A stretch of 64,000 bases of DNA, taken from the NCBI GenBank assembly GCA_046483505.1, contig JAWODB010000350.1:218-64217 (forward strand), read 5' to 3'. Below the pieces are notes generated by a model, which saw only the letters and a program-made list of their open reading frames with translations, was not told the origin of the DNA and made no database searches. Source of the stretch: Phycisphaerae bacterium. GTDB lineage: Bacteria; Planctomycetota; Phycisphaerae; FEN-1346. The position numbers and the translations under genes were made by a program. This document shows, one piece after another, positions 53,321 to 61,622 of this stretch (positions are counted from its first letter, which is position 1; each line of letters opens with the position of its first letter).

Positions 53321-54422
53321 ACGATTCCTGGTCGCCGCCGCCGTCGTCGCGCTCTTCCTGGCGGCCGGATGCGACAACCACATGGCCGCCAAACGCGGCG
53401 AGGCCGAGCATCGCTGGGCGGCGTCCCGCGCCGAGATGGTCACCAACATGGCCCAGCATTCGTACGAGCGGGGCAACTTCGCCCGGGCACGCGAGCAACT
53501 CGACCCGATCATCCGGTCCGGCACCCCGTACGCCCCGGCCTACGTGCTGATGGCCCGTCTGGCGGCCGACCAGGGCGACCTGGACGAGGCCCGCAACTAC
53601 GCCTGCTCCGCCACCCAGGTGGACGGCGCCTCCGCCGAGGCCTGGTACGTCCTCGGCACGGTGGAGCAGACGCTCGGCCACCGCCAGAAGGCGCTGACCG
53701 CCTTCGGCAAGGCGGCCGGAGAGGAACCCTTCAATCCGCGCCACGTCGTGGCCGAGGCCGAGATGTTCGTCGCCATCGGCGAGGTCGAGGCCGCCGAGCG
53801 CACCCTGGCCGCCGCCTGCGACCAGATGCCCGGCAGCGCCGAGGTGCACGCCTCCTACGGCGCCGTCCTCTCGCGCCTCGGCCGATACGAGGCGGCGGCC
53901 GGCCAGTACCGGATTGCGATGCGCCTGGACCCCGAGAACATGCTCCCCAAGGAGCGTCTGGCCGTCGCCCTCTTCCGCAGCGGGGCCTACGCCGAGGCCG
54001 AGCCGATGCTGGCCGACCTCCAGCGGTCCGAGCCGGAGTTCGCCACCGGCTGGATGTGCCAGATGCGGGCCGATTGCCTCATGGCCCTGCGACGGCCGGA
54101 GCCCGCCCGGACCCTGTACGCCCGCGCGGTCGAGGCCTCGCCGAAGGCCGTTGCGCCGCGCGTCGGCCTGGCCCGGTGCGCCATCCTCGAGGACCGGCTG
54201 CCGGAAGCCCGCCGGCACCTGGAGCAGGTCCTGAAGGAAAGCCCCGGCCACACGGAGGCGAACGGCCTGCTGGGGTACGTGCTGGCGGCCACGGGTCGGC
54301 CGGCGGAGGCCGTCCCGCACCTGAAACTGCCCATGCAGGACCCGGCCTGCACGGGCCGGGAAACGATACGTCACCTTCTTGCCTGCGCGGAGGCATCGTC
54401 GGCGGTCGCACCCGCACCGTGA
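53310..54422 (+). CDS. TPR-repeat lipoprotein (PilF/PilW-like)
   Basis: 370 aa with a lipobox (LFLAAGCD) and multiple TPR units. It overlaps the secretin stop. Confidence 0.7.
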   Translation: MRTKRFLVAAAVVALFLAAGCDNHMAAKRGEAEHRWAASRAEMVTNMAQHSYERGNFARAREQLDPIIRSGTPYAPAYVLMARLAADQGDLDEARNYACSATQVDGASAEAWYVLGTVEQTLGHRQKALTAFGKAAGEEPFNPRHVVAEAEMFVAIGEVEAAERTLAAACDQMPGSAEVHASYGAVLSRLGRYEAAAGQYRIAMRLDPENMLPKERLAVALFRSGAYAEAEPMLADLQRSEPEFATGWMCQMRADCLMALRRPEPARTLYARAVEASPKAVAPRVGLARCAILEDRLPEARRHLEQVLKESPGHTEANGLLGYVLAATGRPAEAVPHLKLPMQDPACTGRETIRHLLACAEASSAVAPAP

Positions 54423-54564
54423 GGTTCACCGACAGCCCCCAACGGGGACAGGATGGGTACATGGAGGGGTAGCCGGACGCCCACGACGCGCCGTCCGGGG
54501 CCGCGCGGCCACGCGCGGCCGGGCGGCGCGCCGGCGTCCGGGCGGCCGACGGAGGTGGCCTGGC

Positions 54565-56010
54565 GTGATTGAATTGCGGCGCGTGCTGGCCGTCATTCTG
54601 CTCTTCATCGGCGTTGGATTCGGACTCCATCTGCTGCTGGACCCCGTGCGCGACGCCGGCCGCAGCGCCGCCGACAAGGCCTTGATCCTGGGGGCCGGCA
54701 TGGCCCTGGCCGTCCTCGGAACCATTGGCGGGTACCTCATCGCCCGCATTCCCAAAGAGCGGATCGGAAACGTCGCCGACCACCTCGAGACCCTTGTCCG
54801 GCGCGGCACGGTGGGCATGGCGGTGGGCGAGGCGGATGCCGATGCCCTCGGCCGCCTCGGACACGCCATCAACCGGTACCTGGCCTTCGTCAAGGACGAG
54901 GTCGAGCAGTCGCGCATGGCCATCAAGGAACGCCAGATCCAGGTCAAGGTCCTGGAGGCGGAGAAGCGGCACATCGAGGCCGTCATCCATGCCATCAGCG
55001 ACGGCGTTCTGGTGATGGACGCCTTCGGCGACCTCGTGCTGACGAACGAGGCGGCGAAGACCATCTTCGGGTTCCAGTTCGAGCCCGGCCGGCGCATGCC
55101 CATCGAGGAAGCCATCGCCGACGAGCCGTTCCTGGCCCTGCTCCGCGAGATGCAGGACCAGGGTTCCTTCGTGCCGCACCGGACCGCCGAGTGGGTCCAG
55201 GGCGAGGGCGACGAGGCACGCGCCTACCGCGTCATCCTGAACACGGTCTTCGAGGGGCCGAAACGCGAACGGGTCAGCGGTGTCGTGGCCGTCCTTCACG
55301 ACGTGACCCGCGAGAGGGAAATCGCGCGGACCAAGAGCGACTTCGTCTCGTCCGTTTCCCACGAACTGAAGGCCCCCGTCGCCAGCATCCGCGCCTACGC
55401 CGAGATGCTCGTCGACGGTGAAACGTCCGGACCGGAGGAGGCCCGCGAGTTCCTGAACATCATCGTGGCCGAGACGGAACGCCTCGGCCGCCTCATCGAG
55501 AAGGTGCTCAACCTCAGCCGGCTGGAATCGGGTCTCATCCCGGCCAACAAGACGGACCTGGCGGTGACCGAACTGCTCCGCGAGGTGGCGGAAGTCGTCT
55601 CGCCGCAAGCCGCCGAGAAACGCATCCGCCTGGAGGCGGACCTGGCGCCCGTCTTCTTCCGGGTGCACGGCGACCGCGACATGCTGTACCAGGCGATCCT
55701 CAACGTGGTCTCCAACGCCGTCAAGTACACGGAGGAGGCGGGGCGCGTGTCCATCTCGACCTACCTGGCGGACGGCTCCGTCGTGGTCGACGTGGCCGAT
55801 ACCGGTGTCGGCATCGCCCCCGAGGAACTGGACCGGGTGTTCGAGAAGTTCTACCGCTCGAAACGGTCGGCGCAAAGCGCCGGCGGCACGGGACTGGGTC
55901 TCCCGCTGGTCAAACACATTGTCGAGACGATCCACGGGGGACGCGTGGCGGTCGAAAGCGAGGTCGGCAGGGGGTCGGTGTTCCGGCTGTACCTGCCGGC
56001 GGTTCGCTGA
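54565..56010 (+). CDS. Membrane sensor histidine kinase (2TM-HAMP-PAS-HisKA-HATPase)
   Basis: GTG at 54565 after GGAGGTGG, in ORF 54379..56010. H-box FVSSVSHELKAPV, N-box LNVVSNAVKY, G-boxes DTGVGI and GTGLGL. Confidence 0.85.
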   Translation: MIELRRVLAVILLFIGVGFGLHLLLDPVRDAGRSAADKALILGAGMALAVLGTIGGYLIARIPKERIGNVADHLETLVRRGTVGMAVGEADADALGRLGHAINRYLAFVKDEVEQSRMAIKERQIQVKVLEAEKRHIEAVIHAISDGVLVMDAFGDLVLTNEAAKTIFGFQFEPGRRMPIEEAIADEPFLALLREMQDQGSFVPHRTAEWVQGEGDEARAYRVILNTVFEGPKRERVSGVVAVLHDVTREREIARTKSDFVSSVSHELKAPVASIRAYAEMLVDGETSGPEEAREFLNIIVAETERLGRLIEKVLNLSRLESGLIPANKTDLAVTELLREVAEVVSPQAAEKRIRLEADLAPVFFRVHGDRDMLYQAILNVVSNAVKYTEEAGRVSISTYLADGSVVVDVADTGVGIAPEELDRVFEKFYRSKRSAQSAGGTGLGLPLVKHIVETIHGGRVAVESEVGRGSVFRLYLPAVR

Positions 56011-56033
56011 CGCCGCCGAAGGAGAGGTACCCG

Positions 56034-56411
56034 ATGGCCTGGAAGGTTCTCGTGGCCGACGACGAGCCATGCATCACGACCATCGTCTCGAAGAAACTCC
56101 GCAACGCGGGGTTCGAGGTTTGCGTGGCAAGGGACGGGCAGGAGGCCTTCGACATGGCCCTGGCCGAGCGCCCGGACTTCCTCGTGACCGACCTCCAGAT
56201 GCCGCTGATGAGCGGCCTGGAACTCGTCGCCCGCCTGACGGCCGAACTGGACGACCCCGTTCCCGCGCTGCTGCTGACGGCCAAGGGATTCGAACTGGAG
56301 AACGAGAGCCTCGACGCGCTGCCCATCTTGATGGTCATGACGAAACCCTTCAGCCCCCGCGAACTGCTCGACAACGTCCGCGAGGCCCTGGGCGCCGCCG
56401 CCCCGACCTGA
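56034..56411 (+). CDS. Single-domain response regulator (CheY-like receiver)
   Basis: 125 aa with VLVADDE, phospho-acceptor context LVTDLQMP, LLLTAKG and MTKPF. Confidence 0.9.
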   Translation: MAWKVLVADDEPCITTIVSKKLRNAGFEVCVARDGQEAFDMALAERPDFLVTDLQMPLMSGLELVARLTAELDDPVPALLLTAKGFELENESLDALPILMVMTKPFSPRELLDNVREALGAAAPT

Positions 56412-56419
56412 GGCAACGG

Positions 56420-57958
56420 ATGATTTCGCCCTCGTCAACGTGTCCGCCGAAGCCGGCCCTCGCCATCCCGGACGGGCTGGTGGACGCGCTGCGCGACCGG
56501 ACGGGCGTGGCGGTCCGTTTCTTCGACGCCGACGGCGCCCCGCTGCCCGCCGGCGACGGCGCGGACGCCGCCGGAACCGCGCCGGACCCTTCCCACGGCG
56601 AACCGCTTGCCCGAGTGGTGAGGGAGGCCGTCGAGGCCGGCGAAGACCGGGTCGAGCCCACCCCGGACGGCCTGGCGGCGGCGTGGCCGATACGGCAGCA
56701 CGGCCGGCCGGCGGTCGTGGCCGCCGCCGTCCTGACGGACGTCGGTCCCGGCGAGGCGTCGGTGGGGCGGCGGTTGCTGGCGGGCGTCGGCGAGGCCGTC
56801 CGCGCGCGGTTCGCCCTGGCCGAGGCCGCCAACCAGTGCGATTCCCTCTCCGGGGCGCTGGCCCAGAGTTTCGAAGAGATCACCCTGCTGCACAACGTGG
56901 GCGAGATTCTGCGGGTCACGCGGCCCATTCCGGGGCTGCTGGAGTACGTGTGTTCGGAATTGCGCGAGACGACGGGCGCCGAGGCCGCCGCCGCCTGCCT
57001 GCCCGACGAGGACGGTGGCGAGCCGCTCCTCGTCACGGCGGGCGAACCCCCCGTGGCCGAGGCCGACCTGCCGGGCCTCCTGGCCGACCTTCTGGACGGG
57101 GCGCAGGGGTCGGCCGCCATCATCAACTACTGTCAGCAGGAGCCGGCCCTGGCGCGGCTGTCGGGGGCGCTCGAGCGGGTGGCCGTCGTCCCGCTGCCCC
57201 TCGGCGAGGGGGACGTCGGCGCGGTCGCGATCTTCAACCGGCCGCGCATGGAGTTCGGCAGCCCCGACGTCAAACTCGTGCGGTCCAGCGCCAACGCGAC
57301 GGCCGTCTTCATCGAGAACCGCCGCCTCTTCCGCGACCTCCACACCATGATGCTCGACCTGGTGCGGGCGCTGGTCTCGAGCGTCGACGCCAAGGACCCG
57401 TACACGTGCGGCCACAGCGAGCGGGTCGCCATCCTGTGCCGCGAACTGGCCCGCGAACTCGGCCTCACCGACGAGGAAATCGAGCAGGCCTACATGGCGG
57501 GCCTGCTGCACGACATCGGCAAGATTGGGACGCCGGAGGCGATCCTCCGCAAGGAGGGGGCGCTGCGGCCCGAGGAACGGCGGGTCATCGGCGAACACCC
57601 GAGTATCGGCGGCCACATCCTGGAGGGCATCAAGCAGTTGCAGGAGGTCCGCGAGGCCGTCGTCCATCATCACGAGCGGCTCGACGGCTCCGGGTACCCG
57701 CAGGGGGTCTCGGGTGACGACCTCCCGATGCTGGCCCGCATCGTCGGCCTCGCAGACTCGTTCGACGCGATGACGAGCACGCGGCCGTACCGCGAGATGA
57801 TGCCCCTGGAGGCGGTCGAGCGGGAAATCGAGCGGCACACGGGCTCGCAGTTCGATCCCCAAGTGGCGGAGGCGTTCAAGCGGATCGACAAGCAGAACCT
57901 GATGGAGCAGTTCGCCGCCCATCCACGCTCCGCCTGTACGGCGGATGCCGGGAGGTAA
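56420..57958 (+). CDS. GAF-domain HD-GYP phosphodiesterase (c-di-GMP-specific family)
   Basis: ATG at 56420 in ORF 55805..57958. About 150 aa of N-terminal sequence is unassigned, followed by a GAF-like region. HD-GYP motifs: GHSERVA, LLHDIGKIG, HHERLDGSGYP. Confidence 0.85.
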   Translation: MISPSSTCPPKPALAIPDGLVDALRDRTGVAVRFFDADGAPLPAGDGADAAGTAPDPSHGEPLARVVREAVEAGEDRVEPTPDGLAAAWPIRQHGRPAVVAAAVLTDVGPGEASVGRRLLAGVGEAVRARFALAEAANQCDSLSGALAQSFEEITLLHNVGEILRVTRPIPGLLEYVCSELRETTGAEAAAACLPDEDGGEPLLVTAGEPPVAEADLPGLLADLLDGAQGSAAIINYCQQEPALARLSGALERVAVVPLPLGEGDVGAVAIFNRPRMEFGSPDVKLVRSSANATAVFIENRRLFRDLHTMMLDLVRALVSSVDAKDPYTCGHSERVAILCRELARELGLTDEEIEQAYMAGLLHDIGKIGTPEAILRKEGALRPEERRVIGEHPSIGGHILEGIKQLQEVREAVVHHHERLDGSGYPQGVSGDDLPMLARIVGLADSFDAMTSTRPYREMMPLEAVEREIERHTGSQFDPQVAEAFKRIDKQNLMEQFAAHPRSACTADAGR

Positions 57959-57963
57959 CTCGC

Positions 57964-58299
57964 ATGGCGACGACGGCGGATGCCTACGGCAGCATGATGG
58001 TCCTGTCGGTGGAGCCGGCGCTGACGGCGCGGGAGGGCAACGACTTCCGCGACGTCGCCGGCGAGCAGATTCGTTCGGGGGCCCGCTGGTTTATTCTCGA
58101 CCTGTCGGGCGTCGGCTACTTCGACAGTGCGGGCCTGGAAACCCTCGCCTGGTTCCAGGACCAGATGGAGGCGTCGGGCGGCGACGCGAAGGTGGCCGGC
58201 CTCAAGGGGCTGGCCCGCCAGACGTTCGAGATCGTCCGCTTCGACAGGAAGTTCGAGGTCTACGACTCCGTGCACGAGGCCGTCAAAAGTTTCCATTGA
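57964..58299 (+). CDS. STAS-domain protein (anti-sigma-factor-antagonist family)
   Basis: 111 aa with FILDLSGVGYFDSAGLETL, including the conserved phosphorylatable Ser context (DSAG). Confidence 0.8.
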   Translation: MATTADAYGSMMVLSVEPALTAREGNDFRDVAGEQIRSGARWFILDLSGVGYFDSAGLETLAWFQDQMEASGGDAKVAGLKGLARQTFEIVRFDRKFEVYDSVHEAVKSFH

Positions 58300-58396
58300 C
58301 CGGTCCGGCGGGGGGACGGCGGCGCCGCGGCCCACGGGCATACCCCGGGCCGCACGCGCCGCCGGGCCGGTCGGCTTGGAACGGGTGAAACCGGTT

Positions 58397-60157
58397 ATGA
58401 CAGCGACCAACGAAACCCCGCGGCGGGCCCGGCTGGGCGATCTGCTCATCGCCCGCCAGGCCATCAACCACGACCAACTCCAGCACGCGCTGGAGGTGCA
58501 GCAGAACGGCCAGCAGGACCGGCTCGTCGGCGAAATCCTCGTCGACCTCGGCTACGCCACCCAGGAGCAGGTCCTCTCGGCCGTCGCGGAGGCCTGCGGC
58601 GTGCCGTTCGTCCGGCTTGTGCCGCAACTCGTCGACCCGGCCGTCCGCGGGGTCCTCCCGGCCGCATTCATCCAGAAGCACTGCGTGCTGCCGCTCTTCC
58701 GCGTTCGCGACGTGTTGACCGTGGCGGTCTCGGAGCCGTCGAACGTCTTCCTGGTGGACGAGATCGCCCACGCGGCCGGTCTCAGCGTCCAGGTGGTGGC
58801 CGCCACGGCGGACAACATCTACCGGATGCTGGACGAAACGCGACCGGACGGCAAAGAGGTGGCCCAGGTCGTGGACGAGCCCGGCCTCGGCGTCTCGGTG
58901 GCCGACGACAGTCTGCTGCCGGACGACTACGAGACGATGTACGGCAACTGGCCGGCCGAGAAGGTGGCCGGCCTGCTCATCCGCGAGGCGGTCCGCGCCC
59001 GGGCGACGGCCATCCACCTGGAGCCGGACGAAAAGGTGCTGCGAATCCGGTTCCGGATCGACGGCGTGCTGCACGTGGTGATGCGTCCGCCCGCCCGCCT
59101 GGCCGAAAGGCTCGCCGCCGCCTTTCACGAGATGCTGGGCGCCACGACGGCATCCGCCAAGGTGCCGGACTACCACCGCAGCGCGCGGCTCCTGGTGCAG
59201 GGCCGGCCGGTCCAGTTGCACGTGACGGGGTTGGGCGGGGCGTTCGGCCGGCGGACCGTCATCCGCCTGGTCTGCGAGGAGGACGCCCAGAAACCCCTCG
59301 AGAAACTCGGGGCCGACTTCCGCCTCCTGGACGACTACCGCGACCTCCTCGCCGAGCCCCGCGGGCTCATCCTCCTGGCCGGGCCCCGCGAGAGCGGCGT
59401 CACAACCACCCTCTACAGCACCATCGGGGCGCTGGACCCGATTCGCCTCAACGTCTGCACGTTCGAGTCGGCCGTGACGTTCGCCATGCCGGGAGTCAAT
59501 CAGTTTTCGCCGGCCACCTGCGGGGAGCGGGACGCCGCCAGAGTGCTGCGCCGTCTGCTTTACCAGCAGCCGGACGTCCTGGCGCTGGACGGGACGCTGG
59601 ACGGGGCGGTGGCGCCGTGGGTGCTCGAAGCCGCCCTGGACGGCTGCCTGGTCGTGGCGGACCTCCGCGGCCGCGACGCCGCCGACGCCGTCGCGCGGCT
59701 GGCGAGCCAGGTGTCACCGGACCTGTTGGCCAAGGCGCTGCGGGGGGTGATGGCGCAGCGGCTGGTCCGGACGGTGTGCCTCCACTGCCGCACCAGCCAC
59801 GAGCCGTCGGCGGCCCTGCGGCGGCGCGTCGGGGAGGCCTTCGGCTCGGTCGAGGAATACGTCAAGGGACGGGGCTGCTCGAACTGCTACCAGACGGGCT
59901 TCTACGGCCGCATCGGCCTGTACGAACTCGTCACGTTCGATACGGCCCTCGCCGAGACCGTCCGCCGCAACGAGGGGGTGGAAGTGCTGCGGCGGGCGTT
60001 CGCCGAGGACGACCGGCCGACGATCTGGCGCGACGGGATCAACAAGGTCCGGGCGGGGATCACGTCGCTGGAGGAGGTGATGCGGGTCCTGGCGGGATGT
60101 CCGGGCGGGCTGCATGCGCCGCAGGCGACGGCCGAGGTGTTTTCGCGCGCCGAATGA
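58397..60157 (+). CDS. PilB/GspE-family protein with degenerate ATPase motifs (predicted pseudo-ATPase)
   Basis: ATG at 58397 in ORF 58127..60157, 586 aa. The T2SSE_N-like N-terminus reads RLGDLLIARQAINHDQLQHALEVQ..RLVGEILVDLGYATQEQVLSAVAE. The core aligns to GspE (IHLEPDEKVLRIRFRIDGVL; AQRLVRTVCLHC..CSNC). Walker A is GPRESGVTT, the Asp box is TFESAV, Walker B is VLALDGTLD and the His box is LVVADLRGRDA. Confidence 0.8.
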   Translation: MTATNETPRRARLGDLLIARQAINHDQLQHALEVQQNGQQDRLVGEILVDLGYATQEQVLSAVAEACGVPFVRLVPQLVDPAVRGVLPAAFIQKHCVLPLFRVRDVLTVAVSEPSNVFLVDEIAHAAGLSVQVVAATADNIYRMLDETRPDGKEVAQVVDEPGLGVSVADDSLLPDDYETMYGNWPAEKVAGLLIREAVRARATAIHLEPDEKVLRIRFRIDGVLHVVMRPPARLAERLAAAFHEMLGATTASAKVPDYHRSARLLVQGRPVQLHVTGLGGAFGRRTVIRLVCEEDAQKPLEKLGADFRLLDDYRDLLAEPRGLILLAGPRESGVTTTLYSTIGALDPIRLNVCTFESAVTFAMPGVNQFSPATCGERDAARVLRRLLYQQPDVLALDGTLDGAVAPWVLEAALDGCLVVADLRGRDAADAVARLASQVSPDLLAKALRGVMAQRLVRTVCLHCRTSHEPSAALRRRVGEAFGSVEEYVKGRGCSNCYQTGFYGRIGLYELVTFDTALAETVRRNEGVEVLRRAFAEDDRPTIWRDGINKVRAGITSLEEVMRVLAGCPGGLHAPQATAEVFSRAE

Positions 60158-60178
60158 CCGGCCCCGGCGCCGGAGCGG

Positions 60179-61042
60179 CTACCGTCCGCCGAGTTGGTTG
60201 ATCTTGTTCTGGATCTTCTGGCGCTCTTTCTGGTGCTTCTTGTCGTTCGGGATGTGATCCAGCATGCCCCGGTAAATCGTCAGAGCGGCCCGCGCATTGC
60301 CGGTCTTGACGTGCAGATCGGCCACCTTCTCGGCGAGTTTCTTGTCCTTGTACCGTTCCTTGGGTTTCTTGGCCTCGAAGATCTTGTTGTAAAAGGTGAG
60401 GGCGGCTTTCAGGTTGCCGGCCTTGGCGGAGAGTTCGGCCAGGGTCTTGTGGAGTTCCTCGTTCTTGTCCCGCTCCTTCTCGGGGGTCATGGCGTAGACC
60501 TGGAGATAGGCCTGGAGCGCCTGCCGGGGTTCGGCCGCCTTCTCGTAAAACTGGGCGATCTTCTCGACGTTGGCCAGATGCTTGGCCTGGACGCGTGCCG
60601 CCGTCTGGTCGATCATGGCCTGGACCGGTTTCGGGGCTTGGTCCTGCTTCTTCTGGAGGACCTGGACCTGCTTCAGGAGCGGCAGGAGCCGGCGATCGAA
60701 CTGCTGGACCTTCCGGGCCGAGGCGACGAGGACGGCCTTGTACTTCATCAGGGCGGTTGACCGTTTGCCCTCCTGGAGGTGCTTGGTGGCTTTGCCGGGG
60801 TCCTCCAGGCCCTTCTGCGCCTGCTGCTGGGCCTGCTGGATCTTCATCGTCAGGTCGAATTCCTGCGTCTGCAGGTTCATCATCTGCCGGTTGATCTGAT
60901 CGAGTTGCTTCTCGAACTCCTCGGCGTCGTCCTTATCGTCCCGCGAGTAGGCCAGGGTGGCCGCGGGTGCCGCGACCAGCGCGAGCGCCACCATGAGCGC
61001 CTTCGACACCCGGATGGCGGGGACTTCCGCTTCGTGCCGCAT
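60179..61042 (-). CDS. Secreted Lys/Gln-rich helical-repeat (TPR-like) hypothetical protein
   Basis: 287 aa with a signal peptide (ALMVALALVAAPAATLAYS) and K/Q/E-rich helices (ALQAYLQVYAM.., AALTFYNKIF.., AALTIYRGML). The region is visibly less GC-rich than its neighbours. Confidence 0.6.
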   Translation of the reverse strand: MRHEAEVPAIRVSKALMVALALVAAPAATLAYSRDDKDDAEEFEKQLDQINRQMMNLQTQEFDLTMKIQQAQQQAQKGLEDPGKATKHLQEGKRSTALMKYKAVLVASARKVQQFDRRLLPLLKQVQVLQKKQDQAPKPVQAMIDQTAARVQAKHLANVEKIAQFYEKAAEPRQALQAYLQVYAMTPEKERDKNEELHKTLAELSAKAGNLKAALTFYNKIFEAKKPKERYKDKKLAEKVADLHVKTGNARAALTIYRGMLDHIPNDKKHQKERQKIQNKINQLGGR

Positions 61043-61112
61043 GGGTTTGCCTTTCCTCTTCCCGGCGTGCTCGACGGTCCGGGGCGGCGCACCGCGGACG
61101 CCGTCGGGCCGG

Positions 61113-61424
61113 CTACGCCTCGATACGCGTGACGCGGACGTCCAGGTAGTGCTGGCGGTGCCCTCGGTGGGTCCGCGAGTTCTTGCGCCGGCGCAGTTTG
61201 AAGACCTCCAGTTTCGGGCCCTTGGCGGGGCCCAGGACCTCGGCCGTCACCGTGGCCCCGTCCACCAGCGGCGTCCCGACGCGCGTGCCCTTCTCGTCGC
61301 CGACCAGGAGAACGCGGTCGAACGTGACGGTGGCGCCGGCCTCCGCCTCGCGGGTGTCGACCTGGAGAGTCTGCCCTTCCTCGACGCGCATCTGCGTGCC
61401 GCTGTCTTCGATAATGGCGTACAT
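61113..61424 (-). CDS. rplU: 50S ribosomal protein L21
   Basis: 103 aa reading MYAIIEDSGTQMRVEEGQTLQVD..FDRVLLVGD..KLRRRKNSRTHRGHRQHY. Confidence 0.92.
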   Translation of the reverse strand: MYAIIEDSGTQMRVEEGQTLQVDTREAEAGATVTFDRVLLVGDEKGTRVGTPLVDGATVTAEVLGPAKGPKLEVFKLRRRKNSRTHRGHRQHYLDVRVTRIEA

Positions 61425-61464
61425 AATGGGCTCCGTGGCGTACCCTTATACGAATAGCCCCGGG

Positions 61465-61493
61465 AGTATAACGACGCCGGGGGGCGAAATCAA
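61465..61493 (-). promoter_or_regulatory. Candidate rplU promoter
   Basis: On the minus strand: TTGATT (61493-88), 17-nt spacer, TATACT (61470-65). Confidence 0.35.
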
Positions 61494-61561
61494 GCCCGGA
61501 CCGCCCCGCAAAGTTGGACGGTCCGCCGGCCGGTCTATTCGCCTCCGGCCGGCCAATCGGC

Positions 61562-61590
61562 TTGAACCCGACGCCGCCGCGCGGTACAGT
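61562..61590 (+). promoter_or_regulatory. Candidate trpBA promoter
   Basis: TTGAAC (61562-67), 17-nt spacer, TACAGT (61585-90). Confidence 0.35.
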
Positions 61591-61622
61591 CCTCGTTCCA
61601 CACGACCCGGAGAGGCGACTCC

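Noticed and set aside
51341-53524. 727-aa minus-strand ORF (and similarly 54079..56070 and 56435..57922 on the minus strand)
   Set aside because: These are antisense to the secretin, histidine kinase and HD-GYP genes respectively. No motifs are present. The sense-strand genes have RBSs and operon-like spacing.
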